The notes: generated by a model from the letters alone, not told the origin. A stretch of DNA of 64,000 nucleotides from Mytilus edulis (GCF_963676685.1 NC_092351.1:54126001-54190000), one strand, 5' to 3'. Counted from the first letter of the stretch, positions 26,093 through 39,765 are shown. Program-made: numbers and translations.

Positions 26093-26369
26093 CCCATGTC
26101 GTTATTTTAAAATAATCACATCTTTCTGTTACGATTTGAATAGATACCTATAGTCAGATATTTATACCATCTTATAATCAATCATATGATCGATTCACAA
26201 TGAATATTTGTGATACTAATTAAATTGTAAAATTCGACAAAAGCTGACTGGGTAATAAAACTGTCGTTTTAGGGAGTAACATTTGTTCTCGATTGCAAAT
26301 GCACACTGTTTATACCATAAAGTGATCTTGGTTTCAAACATTTGACTGATCTGCCCTGATCATATTCAT

Positions 26370-26672
26370 TATAAAATTGAAAATGGAAATGGGGAATGTG
26401 TCAAAGAGACAACAACCCGACCACAGAAAAAACAACAGCAGAAGGTTACCAACAGGTCTTCAATGTAGCGAGAAATTCCCGCACCCGGAGGCGTCCTTCT
26501 ATAGCTGGCCCCTAAACAAATATATACTAGTTCAGTGACAATGAACGCCATACTAACTTCCAAATTGTACACAAGAAACTAAAATTAAAATAATACAAAA
26601 CTAACAAAGGCAAGAGGCTCCTGACTTGGGACAGGCGTAAAAATGCGGCGGGGTTAAACATGTTTATGAGAT
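26370..26672 (-). mobile_element. Short SINE-like retroposon specific to block X copy 2
   Basis: Absent at ~2295-2310. Carries the ttaaccccgccgc..cctgtcccaagtcaggagcc core and a gttgtctctttgacacattccccat tail. Confidence 0.75.
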
Positions 26673-27399
26673 CTATAGATTTACAATCAATGTAGAAGAA
26701 TAAAGTCCAACTTGTTGTTATATAAAAACATAAAAAAAAATCAAACTATTCCCGTCTGACAATAAAACAAATGCCGAAGAATGGGATTTGACGTTCGTGA
26801 CACAACGCGGGGTATATTCTATACACAGAGACATCAAGAAGACATTACATTCAATGCTGCGTGTAGGTAGAGTGATGCACGTTAAAGATGTGATAGTACA
26901 CCTCATTTTGTGTTCGTACCAGGATATGTTGCTTGTGGCTGTCCGTATGTTCATTACTTTAATCCGATTTACCTAGTTTGCAGAACCTTCTATTTGGATA
27001 TTTGCTTTATTTGTTATCGTTTGGAATAAAAAGGAATATAAATATAATTGTGCTTGCGATTTTCATATTCTGCATTAAAAAGTAAAATTACAAAAATACT
27101 GATCTCAAAGGAAAAGTCAAATATGACAGTTCCTTATCAAATGGCTCAATCAAAATTTCAAACACATCAAACGAATAGGAAACAACTGTAATATTCCTGA
27201 CTTGGTACATGCATTTCATTATGTAGAAAATGGTGGATTAACCCTGGTTTTTTAGCTAGATAAACCTCTCACATGTATGACAGTCGCATACAATTTCGTT
27301 ATATTGACACTAATGTGGATACAAGGCATTAATGTCAAAAATAAGGGTACATCAATCTTAGGAGGAGGGTTCGTATTGCTGTCACTCGGATGTATTTAA

Positions 27400-28643
27400 G
27401 GGGCTCGCGGGTACAAATCAATTTTTTTAGGTATAGGATTTTGCTATTTTTTTCTATGAATAAACTTTATCCTACAGGTATATTTAGTAAAAAATTGAAA
27501 AAAAAATATTAGGTCGCCTTTCATTTAAGCTCACAATCTGCCTTCGAAAGAAACATGCATTTTTGTTAAGTTACTTTTTTCTGTTGAACAAATAGGAGAA
27601 AAAACGGTAACATCGAAGTAAAAAAAGAACTTATTTATAGAAATCGCTTAAATTTTACAGTAGTTTAGTTTAAAGGGTCACTAGCTGTCAAGTTCATGTT
27701 TACCGATTCAAATCAAATTCTCATATTTGATTTATAACAATGAAAAACATTTATCCAAACTATTAAATGTCTGAAATAAACAATAAATAGGAGACGGGCA
27801 TGAACATTCTTAGCTTCGTTTCGTGTGTTTTTTAGTCTATACGCCATCTAATTGATTATCGAGTTGACCTCTAAAGTCATCCGATGACCATTTTTAAGCG
27901 ATGTAAACATAAATTATAGATATTGATAGATTAAGGAAACTCGTGCTATTGGATTATTCTAGGTCTATTTAATTTCATATCATAGATGAAAATTAAATGT
28001 TTATCATCTTGTTTACTTGTATAAGAATGACTTTTTGTAGATCGAATCAGTCAATCAAATGATTTACCTTTGTTTCATTTTCAATGTTGACATTCTTTTC
28101 CTTAAAATAACTTTAGACATACAATTCAGTGACACGTGTTATCCATCTCAAGTCAAGGGGTAAACATGAAGTTCAAATGTATATGGATTCAATGAGGTTG
28201 AAATATTCACTCGTAAGTGAATAATTCATAATCAATGCTTTTAAGCTGATTTTGACAATATTGAACCATACTGGCTTCTAAAAGCTAATTTTTATTTCAC
28301 TATTTGCAATTGATTATTGATTGAGCAAAAAATAAATTATATTATATTTATTATATCTCTCGAAGCTAGTGCCAAGTACAGCTTATTTGAAAATGATAAT
28401 AAAAAATGTAGGTCATTGATGAATTAAAAAAGATATTTTTGGCATTTTTTCACAAAAGGGAGATAATTTGGAGCTTTTTCAAAAATATAAACATTGTAAA
28501 AGTCATTTGGGGCCACAACGATTTTTTGGGGGTTAATTTTTGTACCATATCATAACGTAACAACTGGTAGTGTGATAAATAAAGTTTGTAATGAAAAAAA
28601 AATGTTCAAATTTTTGCTGATGTTTTTGTACCCTCGAGCCTCC
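27400..28643. mobile_element. Duplicate of the nested TTAA transposon pair
   Basis: Same TIRs and the same nesting (inner element ~27674-28373), so both insertions predate the duplication. Confidence 0.8.
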
Positions 28644-29389
28644 TTCAATACCGAATTCATGTTCATGCAATGCTTAATTTTGAAGGTAACCTCTTAACTA
28701 CGGTAAGCATTTTGTTGTCCATATAGCTATACCGAGCATTAGAGAGGTAAAACAAAATGTGTCAAATACGATATCTTTCTATGTTGAAATTAACATAAAA
28801 CATCGCAAGAGAGTATACCTTTGATTCTTACTAGAAAAATAAGAATGAGTGTACTTAGAAGTTGACCCTTAAAGCACATTCAAAGGGCAATTATTTTATT
28901 TGAAAATGCTTTCTCGAAACCAACCTTTTTTCAGTTATACAGTTAACAGACTATGTATATATGTATTTTAGTACGCTCTTCTTTTGTTTTAAAATTCAAA
29001 AAGAAAGTTTTCGAAATTTAAAAGTGTCATCAAAATATATTTACTCTGAATATTAACGTGTACACATAAAATTAATGATCATATATAAATAAAGACATTC
29101 TTAGACAATTATGTAAACGTTATGTTGTATACAAGTTTATCATTTAAGGATCATACAGAATTAACAACATCAGTATATAACATACCTGTCATCGTAGTTG
29201 ATCTGTTACCGTTAACGTGGCAATCTGTGTTCTCGTTTCTAACTGTAATTGTTTGCTATTTTATTTAAATATCAAAATACCACCTACACATTACTTATGG
29301 CTGTATGTCAATCATACTTTTTCATTGGATAAGTTTATCATGTATCCATATTGTTATAAGTAGTAGTCAAAGGTTAAACCATAATTTAG

Positions 29390-29500
29390 CAATAGACGGA
29401 AATAGAAAGAAGGTTGAGGTACAATAGAGGGAAATAGAAAGAAGGTTGAGGTACAATATAGAGGGAAATAGAAAGAAGGTTGAGGTACAATAGACGGAAA
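29390..29500. repeat. Nascent minisatellite, 3 x ~32 bp
   Basis: ggaaatagaaagaaggttgaggtacaata occurs three times here and once at 4975-5018. Confidence 0.9.
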
Positions 29501-29843
29501 AGGTGTCTTGAATATTTAATTTTAGAAAATGATAAAAAGAATGGATCAAACTACCAACAATTTACACATTTTCCGTTAAGTAGATATACATGTAAGAGAC
29601 ATCCATAATGCAATTCACAACAATCGATAATCTTATATTTTTTTTCAACAACCGTTTCAAAAAGTATACCCACAACCAAACAAAACAAAAACTTTTTTAA
29701 AGGTAAACGATTCTTTGTTTGAAGTATAATTATATTAAGTCAACGTTAAGGTAAAAAGATACACACACTTAAGTTGTTTAAGGTATCAAAATACATAGCT
29801 CATTATGCATTGATAAAAGGCCACAATTTGGTAGTCAGTTATG

Positions 29844-30020
29844 CAGTTGATACGATATTCTCGTGCTTGCATTTCCTATCATGATTTTCTTGATAGAGGG
29901 TTGCTGCTCACAAGGCAGCTATTAAAATAAGAGTCCAAATGGTGAAGTTGAAATCATCCCTTCGTAAATTTTATGGACGCCATCACGAGTTGGTTGTCCC
30001 TTTGGTATATTTCGTCCCTC
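29844..30020 (+). mobile_element. Internally deleted PLE 3' fragment inserted after the duplication
   Basis: The RT end is fused directly to the terminal motif tccctttggtatatttcgtccctc. The site is empty at 5401-5420; probable TSD is tatg. Confidence 0.85.
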
Positions 30021-31200
30021 ATGTATGTAGTATAACTGCTTAATAGAATCTTTAAACTTATAAATTGATTTGAATCTGTATACGTAATGACAAAAGGTCA
30101 ATTGTGGTGTTTCAAGGATGTCATAAAATGTTGGCCATGGAATATTTGACCAAGCTCACAAATAATTAATATGAGTCAGGGATTTACTCAAGAAATATTT
30201 TACACATTTTTATGAATACATTTTATAGTAAAGTATTTTGATTTGGAAATACTGTGTCTCACATCTAAAAGCAAATCCAAGACACTAAAATACAATATAA
30301 GAAATTTAAAGTAGAAGGAAAAAACACAGACAACATCATGACCAGAAAAAGGCGGACAGAAAATGTACAGAGCACAAACATTGTGTTTCAATTTCAATTA
30401 TCGAGAAAAAGCAATTTCGTAGTATTTTGTGTTTAATTCATAAAGAAAATTTTAGAAATGTTAAAGTGTCATAAAGTTTATATTTAACCTCTACATTAAC
30501 TTAAACACAGACAATAAATGATCATATACAAATAGATACATTCTTAGAAAACGTAAATTATATAAACGTTATGTTGTATACTAGTTTATCATTTAAAGAT
30601 CATCCAGAATTAACAACTTTAGTTTCTGATTGCAGTTGAGATTAAAGAACAAATAAGAATGTTACTAAGCAAAAAAGCAGATATTTTTATAAGGTTGGCA
30701 CATATAAAGAAAATAGTAAATTGTAGAGCTTATAATACATAAACAGGTACACAAGAATTACCAAAAAATATACTGAAAGGTAGCAAAAACCACGAAAGCC
30801 AACAACACCCAATTGATATTGAAATCCTAACATAGATATATAAACCACGCTCAAAGTATATTTAAACAGAAGATGTGATATGATTGCCAATGAGACACCT
30901 GTCAAAAATTGACCAAATGACGCAGAATTTAATATTATAGGTCACCATACGGCCTTTTCTTTACTAGACTTCACGTCGTAAAACTATAACTCACAACAGA
31001 ATAGACGCACAATGCAATCTTAAAACAGGATAACCACAAACTAGAACGAAGAAATAAATAAAGGCAAGTATTTGGTACATCGATTATAATCAGGTCTGTT
31101 GAGCATTGCTAACTTCTTGTACACTTTTTTATCGGCAACTTTCAATATGTTATATTATATTATGAACACAAGGAAAAAGATATATTTAAACAATACATCT

Positions 31201-31242
31201 AGTTTTCAATTTCCTTTCAACAGGAAATTTTCACTTTCACTT
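31201..31242 (-). promoter_or_regulatory. ISRE/IRF-E plus kB-like cluster
   Basis: Minus strand reads AAGTGAAAGTGAAAA and GGAAATTGAAAACT (GAAANNGAAA), with GGAAATTTTC between them on the plus strand. Conserved at 6586-6627 and 57989-58030. Confidence 0.6.
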
Positions 31243-31521
31243 AAACTAATAATAGATATACTTGTATTCATATTCGCCCAAGACGAATAACAAAGAAAGC
31301 ATTTTTGCTTTTGTAAAGTACATTTTAAAAAAAAATTAAAAAAATCTCCAGTAGATTTTAACACGCTTTATCGATTGTTTTTTGTTTGCTGTAGATATAA
31401 AGTGGCAAATACTTTGTTTTTGCTTACTGTACGTTTTCGTTTTTTTTTTACATAAACGAAACAGGAAGATATTATTTCTTAACACACAAAACTAACTTTA
31501 CTTTACACCCACATCAGATAA

Positions 31522-32452
31522 TTAAGGTCTTTCCTTTTACAAAAGGGAAAGACCTTACTGTATTTCTTCTGTTTATTATTATTATTCTTCCGCCAAACTT
31601 TGACGAAGTTAGCAGCCTAAACCGTAAGACGTGTCGCTTTCATGTTCACACTTTGTATCGGTGTCATGAATACCTATCTGGAACTCACCCTAGTCGAAAT
31701 ATTTTGTCGGTTCGGAGTAATCCCTCCGAAACCAAAAAACCTTGTTATCGTTCCAACACCGTAACCATAATAGGTAGAAAAAAAACAAAGGGTGAAATTT
31801 GTTCAGGACCAGACCCCAGTTCTTCGTTACATTTGGATCGAAAAGATTCAACGACTCATTGGTAGGGTTATGCCCCTATGAAAATTAACCGGTGTCGGTG
31901 GACCACCAAAACTCAGAAACCATAAGTCATAGAGACCTAGGATCTTCACCATTCATCATCAATTCATGTGACTTTGAAAAATACCTCAAGGTCAAATTTG
32001 TATGTTGACCTTGACCTTTGACCTAACACCTTGTTATGGGATAATCTCAGCAACCATTATACTTACAGAAGTTTTAAATAGTGGAAAATGTTTGGGTCAT
32101 TACCGCGCAACTTTGTTATATTTTGACCGGAGAGATTTGACCTTTCTTTAAGGGGCATAAAGCCTGTTTTAGGTTTCTGAAAAGACTAAATCAGCTTTTT
32201 CTATATAACCAAAGGTCCAAGACCCATGGGGTCTTCAGCAATGACATTGGGGACTAATGACCTTGACAAAGGTCAAAAGGTCAAAGGTCAAGGTCATGTC
32301 CCATATAGCGAATTTAGTGTTTTTAACCTTATTTAAAGGATTTTCAGTGTGTTTTAAAAGCTATTCAATACATTCTACGTCTTTTTGAACATTTATTTTA
32401 CATTACAAAAGGAAAGACCTCTCAATTGTTCAAGAACAATTGACAGTTTATT
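31522..32452 (+). mobile_element. HINE/DINE-1-like (Helentron-associated) element
   Basis: 5' aggtctttcc..ggaaagacct hairpin, (att)n microsatellite, internal tgaccttgacc motifs, and a 3' subterminal ggaaagacct plus caattgtt-caag-aacaattg stem-loop. Absent from the other X copies. Confidence 0.75.
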
Positions 32453-33820
32453 ATTTATATTTTCCTTTCACATGATTCTGAATCATTCTCGTAAGTGGTT
32501 AGTACTTTTGATCTGATATTCATTTATGACAATACTGACAATTGATTAATATTTCCCTTTAATATGTAAACATACCATTTATATTCGTATATGGACATTT
32601 TAGTAAGTACAGGTATAAGTATATTGTACTCATAGTTTTTGTCAAAGTTAACTTTAGTTGTTGATCTTCATAAGAAAACAATTCAAATGTGTATGTCTTT
32701 TTTTAAAATTTATTTTAGGTTTCTTTGCTATTTTCTTCCCTCCTAAATTTTGCCGCCCTATTAATTGTCCTATTGTGAACATTTTCTCCTGTTTTAGACA
32801 GTTTACGCTTTGTTGTCATATGAGATATAGTTTGCCTAAATCTGCTGACGTATTATTACATCGTTAGTAATTTCTCCCCATATATTGTGCAAATCACATT
32901 TCTAAGCTGCATTATTAATGATGAATATAGAGAAATTGATCAATAAGCACAGGAGGGTAAAATGATTAAATATGGTTATACAGAAGACCATCCATTTTTA
33001 AAGAAGTTAGTGAAGTGTTAACACACTTTTTTTTTTCTACACGAAGTTTTTGACGCAATTTTACAAAAAAATGAGACACGATTTGAATCGATTTTCTTGA
33101 TAGATATATGTAAACAGTTTCAGAACTGGTACAACTTCAAGCGATTTAAATTTTACTTCTGGCTATTTTTTTTGGAGGGAAATATGTAACAACTGGCCCC
33201 CTCCTCCTTGTTTGCATTATGTTATAACAAAAAAATGCAGATTTTTGCCATGAATACATAAAAAAGAAATTGTATTTTACTATTTTAACGTTTAGATATA
33301 AAACATGTAGGATATCTTTTACATACGCACATATATGACACAAAAATTGAGCTTGACTTGCAAGAAATAAAGGAAAAGGAGATGATAAAATTTATAAGGT
33401 TAACTTTTAATATTTTTCCCGAACTGTTCATTGATACCCTTAATTAACACTTTTACGTTTGACGCCAGTTATATTGATAATTTTTGTTAGACGTTATGAC
33501 AAAAAAATGTATGACGTCACTTATATGTTCTATACACATTAAACAATTATAATACGATAACTGTAGAGACTAAGTAGAATAACATTGGTACAATTGAGTA
33601 CTCTTATGACCATTTTTAGTTGCTAGATTTTCTTTTTTTCAATTATTTTAATTATTTGTTTATAGTTTGGCATAGAATAAAACAGTTGATAAACATTGTC
33701 TCCATACTTATAAATGGTAATTTAATACGGCTCATTATCCCCAACAAATCAACACAACACACAACAGAACACAATACAATGTATGAATGTGCCTATCCTA
33801 AGTCCGCAATATTTATTTAA

Positions 33821-35578
33821 ATAACTAGCACGCATTCGCTAAAACTGGTGCCTGTTACACGCAAAGGCTATAATAAAAAGTTTGTGAATCGGTACTGACA
33901 TAAGTAAAATATCTGTTCATTAACTCTCCTTTTAAAAACGTAAAAACTGAAAGTTTTCTACTACCTGAGGTAAAGTTACTTGTAGATGAATTTAGAAATT
34001 CTTTCTTTATGCCTTTTGGTCATATTTCAGTTAATATTGAATCCTTGGCCTTCAAATGTATAAGTAATACAATTACAAAAGTACTGACAATGTGTTCAAT
34101 ATCTACGTATAAAATATTAATTCAAATACAGCTAACAAATTTGATGATGTTTCTTTTTCTGATTTTATTCTTTTTACCATGTATGACTATTTTGAAAGCA
34201 ACTTCATTGGAAACGCCAATCTATTTCAATTACAGCGAACTTGAATTGCTAGAAAAAAAACAATATCTTATTATACAGAAATCCTGTCATGAAATACGTA
34301 TGGCATCTTAAAACAAGGAGTTCAACTGAATAGCAATATATTATTAAAAGGCGAGTAATGAAAATCATTTTACAGAAAAAAAAACATATCTAGCTTCAAG
34401 CTTTTTTTAACTGACTAAATGATTGACAAGCGTACTCAATGTCGTCTTATTGATGTAAAGCATTGACAATTAGATTTTACGTGCTAACCATTGCATATGG
34501 ATCTTTTATAAATTATTGTCTTTCAAGTATTGAAGGGCAAGTAAATACTGACACATATGAGCTGATAATAACAATTATCGTTTAGAAACTCATTAAATCT
34601 ATAAGCCTAAATGTCGATAGTTGAACAAAGCATTTCTAGTGGATTATTTCAATTTTAGAAATAGGTAATATATATCAGACAAGTCCATGAATCGACACAT
34701 TGTTTCAGGTGAATATTTCGATAAAGAATATTCGATGATGTGTGACACTTTACTGTATCGTTTTGTCTGATAGAAAAACCAAGCTACCAGAAAGAACATC
34801 ATGTCATTCAGGTCTCAGACAGGGTATTTACTGTGGCATTCTTGGCTGAGAGCTTATATCTTTTTAATAAATGTTCCGACCTGAATTACACTTATATTAC
34901 GGACTACCCCTGTCTTAATGTTTTTTTCAGCGGAGGTATTTGTTAAACATTCACAAAGCAGCATATATATTTATTACATGTTTAATGTTTCTTTATATTT
35001 GAGTAATCCATTTAAATGCCCATTAAATATCCGAACATTTTTCGTTTAGAAAAAGTTTTCAATCAAGTTTCAGATATCATGTTTTGTGTTTTTATGTGTG
35101 TGTGGCTTTGTTTTAAATCGGACAACTCACACCGACACACCAGAAATAATCATAGTTTTCAGATTTTTTTACTTTTAAATTAACCATATATAAAATAGCG
35201 GTAAATGTTATAACTATTTTTCTTATCTAAATTTTCGATCGGAAGGTATAAAGTAAAAACACAAAAATACTGAACTCCGAGGAAAATTCAAAAAGGAAAA
35301 TAAAAAATCAAAAGGCAAAATCAAAAGTCCCAACACATCAAACGAATGGATAACAACTGTCATATACGAATGTTTGATGAAATGTCCTGTTATAATGCTT
35401 CAGTTTTAGTGATTTTCGAAATCGTTGTTAACTAACCTGGCGACAATTATCTCCTATATAAAAAAGAGCTATGGTTAGATTACCTATGATACAACTTTCT
35501 ACACGAAGTGCATGTGACTAATATGGGCTAACGTACGGACTTCAACAATGAAAAATCCATACTGTACAGTCAGTTATA
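33821..35578. repeat. Segmental duplication block Y, copy 2
   Basis: Colinear with 14721-16359. Confidence 0.93.
34475..34792 (-). pseudogene. Degenerate cGLR TPR-region fragment (duplicate of 15340-15655)
   Basis: Near-identical nucleotide sequence inside duplicated block Y'. Confidence 0.85.
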
Positions 35579-35930
35579 AAAGGTTCCAACGTAAAAAATG
35601 TGAAACGATTCAGTGGAAAAAAACTAACAGCCTAATTTATAACAAATCAGTTTACGAAAAAAAAAATATGACTGACATTAACCAACAACAACCACAGAAC
35701 TACAGGTTTTAGAATTGTGACATGTACAGACAAATAAGGAAAACAGCGGATGAAACAGGTTAATGAGTGCTCAACCCTCGCTAGAAGCTGGGACAGTGGT
35801 GTAACAGCACAACAAAAGAACCAACTATAAAAAATCAGTTGAAAAGGGCTTTACTCATCAGATCGATACACAAACAAAAAAATCAAATAAAAACACAGAC
35901 AGGACGTGGCAGGATAAATATATATATATA

Positions 35931-37003
35931 TGTCGTGTATAAGTTACGATTTTGTACAGGTTATAACATGTACAAAAATATTGTACATGTTATAACTTGT
36001 ATAATGCAAAAATACAAGTTATAACATGTACAAAAGTACCTCATACATGTTATAACCTGTACAAAATATTGCTTAAAAATGGTTTTAACTTGTACAAAAT
36101 TTAAAATAAATCTTAATGAAGTAAAATATACATTAAAATTCAACAATGCATGAAGAACAACAATAAATAGGCCAGAACGTGTATTTTTCTGTAGAGGAAA
36201 ATGATCACAAAGTTTCAGAAATATATGTTTCATGACTTATGTTTGCAAAATGTGTTTTCATGTAAGTATATGTTTTATGCAGTCCATCATGGCTTAAATA
36301 AGTGTGAAACTATTTACTAAAAGCTTGCATTCCTTTTGTTTATAAACTATAAGATCATTGCATGAGGCGAATGTCCTTTTGATATTTTAAAAATATATCC
36401 CTTACTTTGGAAGCATGTATTTTGTGGCCTTTGGATGTTGTCTGCTCCATGGGCGGGTTGTTGTCCTTTAGACACATACCCCATTTCAATTCCCAATTTT
36501 ATTTGTAGACACATCTATCCTGGCTATTCTCTTATGTCTTTTACTGTCAACTAGAATGAAAGTATTTTACTATTGCCTTCAAAGTGGACACTCACAATTA
36601 TAATTCATCAAATAAAGATATGTCCATAGATAGTCATCAGAGGATAATAAGACATGTCCTAAGATATATCTTATGACAGGTCTTAGGAATGCTTCTTAAT
36701 ACCGACACCTGGACATTAACTGTCTCAAAAAGTACAAAACACACTAACATGAAGGAATAATACAAAAGTTATGAAAATGTTATTGAGGTCAATATCATCT
36801 GTTGCGATAATAGAAAAATATCCTTATTTTTTTATTTTGTACAAGTTAAAACCATTTTTAAGCAATATTTTGTACAGGTTATAACATTTATGAGGTACTT
36901 TTGTACATGTTATAACTTGTATTTTTGCATTATACAAGATATAACATGTACACTATTTTTGTACATGTTATAGCCTGTACAAAATCGCAACTTGTACACG
37001 ACA
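35931..37003. mobile_element. Foldback/MITE with ~170-bp TIRs
   Basis: 35931-36100 is a near-perfect reverse complement of 36834-37003. The TIRs are built from TGTACA/GTTATAAC subrepeats; (TA)n on the left flank. Confidence 0.88.
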
Positions 37004-38301
37004 TGCATATATGTTTCATCCATCGCAACAAAAGACACTGAATACAGAACGGAGAGTATTCGCAGTTACTGGCAGCTAGTTGAAAGTCAATAACAACTAA
37101 AAAATCCTGGATTTAAAAAATATATCAATCAGAACGCATCCAACATCCAATTGATTTTAGTGTGAACACGCTATTAACATTTAGAGAAAAATTACATTGT
37201 GCATTGTCAAAGTAAGGATAATGCTAGATTGTACTACTGTGAAAGTACATCTCTATAAAACATGTAAGACCTAGTATGTTTTAATCTACATATAACAAAT
37301 CAATATCAGTTTAAATATAAACAATATTCAAAGATTGCTTACAGTGTTGATAAAGTAACATTTAAGAGTAAGTGCATTTTAAGGATCATATCTCAAATAA
37401 TGGCCTATGTAAGCAACTTCCCCGTCAATTTTAGGATGAGATATTCCTTTTGAAAGAATGTACAGTTAATTTTCAAACCAAATCTTTGTATTTATGGAAG
37501 ACTTTGTAAAGGTTTTAAGTAATTTTTGGGAACAAATTCCCTGATTTAATAATTTCATAGTCCCACATAGATTACGCTCATTGCAATCCAATTTAAAAAA
37601 ACAACACGAGCATAGCGAATAAGTTGTGATATATAAAAAAAAGCGTGAGACGATGCTACAGGAATATCACCGTTCAAAAACGGAAAAATAACACCAGAGA
37701 AAGATAAATCATCCCTTTTGTCGTTATTTTTTGTGCAGAAAAGACGTATCTTAATCTGTGATTGGACAGATATTGCTAATGATAGCTGATAAGTTCATTA
37801 TTCTGTAGCACAATTTTCACTTACATTGTCCTCTGAACAGTCAGCAAAAATGTTCTTTCTTATTCATTAAGAAGTTTTTGATTTTCATTGTATCAAACAA
37901 TTATTGATATACATATATCTTTGTTCGGGTTTTAAAAAATAGTATTTTTTTTAAAATATGATCGGTGTTAAGGATTTAAGTTAATTGATTTCGTACTAAT
38001 GCTTTAATGACTCAACTGTACGTAAAATATAGGTATTTGTAGAACAAGTTTAAATAAATTTGAGTTATTTTGAATGTCAATAGAAGTTTGGAAAACATAA
38101 AGTGTTTTTAAACATTTTTACATAATATTGTTACACGAAATTATTAATTTATCACATTTAAGAATAGTTGAAAGATAAACAGTTGTGACTTTGATAAAAA
38201 TTATAAAAACATTAGTTCAATAACTTATTTTATCATATACCTACAAAATACAGCAATTTTGTATATCTAATAAAGGTTCCTTTTTCCAGTCTGTATAACC
38301 T

Positions 38302-38970
38302 ACCCTGTATCGCATACCCCGTATCGCATAGCTAAACCCGTATCGCATACCCCGTATCGCATAGCAATACCCGTATCGCATATCTGGCGTGACGTCAAAA
38401 TGCGAATGACGTCAACGTTTGACATATGACCGTCAGTTGCTGTATTTCCTAGCATTCACATTAACAGAAATGTCCTATCATTTTAACTAAAATCGATATT
38501 TTTCAAAAGATTATTACCCAGGACCTTTACGATCGATTTTTATAAAGGAAAAGAAAAGAAAAGGCAAAATGAGAAGTTTATTGTTTATTTGGTCTGAATT
38601 TGCGTGATGTTTGTTTTCATTTCCCGATGGAAAATTTTACGATTTTAATTTGATTAGAAAAGATAGCAAACTTTTCAATAAATTTTTTTCTTGGTGTTGA
38701 AGTCTATTTTCCGCTGGAAAAAGACAGCACAATCATACTGTTTTCTTCTTTCTAATAATTTCGGACGATTTAATAAAAAAAAAATGTTATCCGAAAATGA
38801 TTCTATTAAAATATATGATAAACAGAATAATACACGGAAAAATCCGTATCGCATGCTGTATCACCACTCGACCAATATCAACCCTCGGGACCTTCGGCCC
38901 TCGGAACTGATATTGGTATCTCGTGATGATACAGCATGCGATACTGATTTTGCCATGTATTATTCTATAC
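38302..38970. repeat. Unclassified element: tandem ccgtatcgcata repeats plus a long hairpin (38824-38966)
   Basis: Five gtatcgcata units at 38302-38382. The same motif lies in the arm of a ~143-nt imperfect palindrome. Confidence 0.85.
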
Positions 38971-39361
38971 ATATACATCTAACAACAAATTAGTCAGCAC
39001 ACTTATGTAAATAATAGATACAAATGTTTGGCTTATAATAAAAATAAGTTAAGGTTCATCATGACAAATGAGCTAATATGGTTGTACTTAAACCTCAAAA
39101 CCTACTCTGAGTACAGACAAACATATGCAGTTGGCGAAGTTTAAAGGTCTGTCACTAGCTGTATAAAAACTACGTGCATTTTGAGTTTCAGAACGTTGAA
39201 ATCTTTTCTTTTTTTGGGCATGTTGTTTTTGTATCTTCTGTTGGTGTATACTAAACAAACATCAGAATAAAATTTTGATACTTTCACTGTTTTGCATTCT
39301 TTAATTTACCTATTCTTTTGTTAAAAAGAATTGCTTTTTATTTGCACATGATTATAATAAC

Positions 39362-39765
39362 AAAAAAAGGACGAAAGATACCAGATGGACAGCCAAACTC
39401 ATAAATCGAAAATATACTGACCACGCCTGGCAAAAAAATCAAACATGGAAAGAAATCAAACAAACAAACAATAGAACACATGAAACAACATAGAAAACTA
39501 GAGAATATGCAACACGAACCCCACCAAAAACTAGGGGTGATCTCAGGTGCTCCGGAAGGGTAAGCAGATCCAGCTCCACATGTGGCACCCGTCGTGTTGC
39601 TTATGTTTTAACAAATCCGGTAAATAGTCTAATACGGTAGGTCACATTCATGAAAGGGAAGGGGATTGTAGTTACGACCTAAGGAACATATCCGATATCA
39701 TTTGTGAAACGGTTATTCCATAAAGGTCAACCTACTCGTGGTGGCGTCCGTAAAATTTACGAAGG
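39362..39765 (-). mobile_element. PLE 3' end with complete 3' UTR
   Basis: Reverse complement of 18050-18258 plus the tail, ending in gatttatgagtttggctgtccatctggtatctttcgtcc. Confidence 0.88.

Larger units (their letters stand above)
25635..32710. repeat. Segmental duplication block X, copy 2 (upstream of cGLR copy 2)
   Basis: Matches 1557-8200, with copy-specific insertions (26370-26672, 29844-30020, 31522-32452) and a ~1 kb deletion near 31430. Confidence 0.95.

Noticed and set aside
38302-38382. Short direct repeats as a CRISPR-like array
   Set aside because: Units are ~12-18 bp without unique spacers, the context is eukaryotic, and there are no cas genes.
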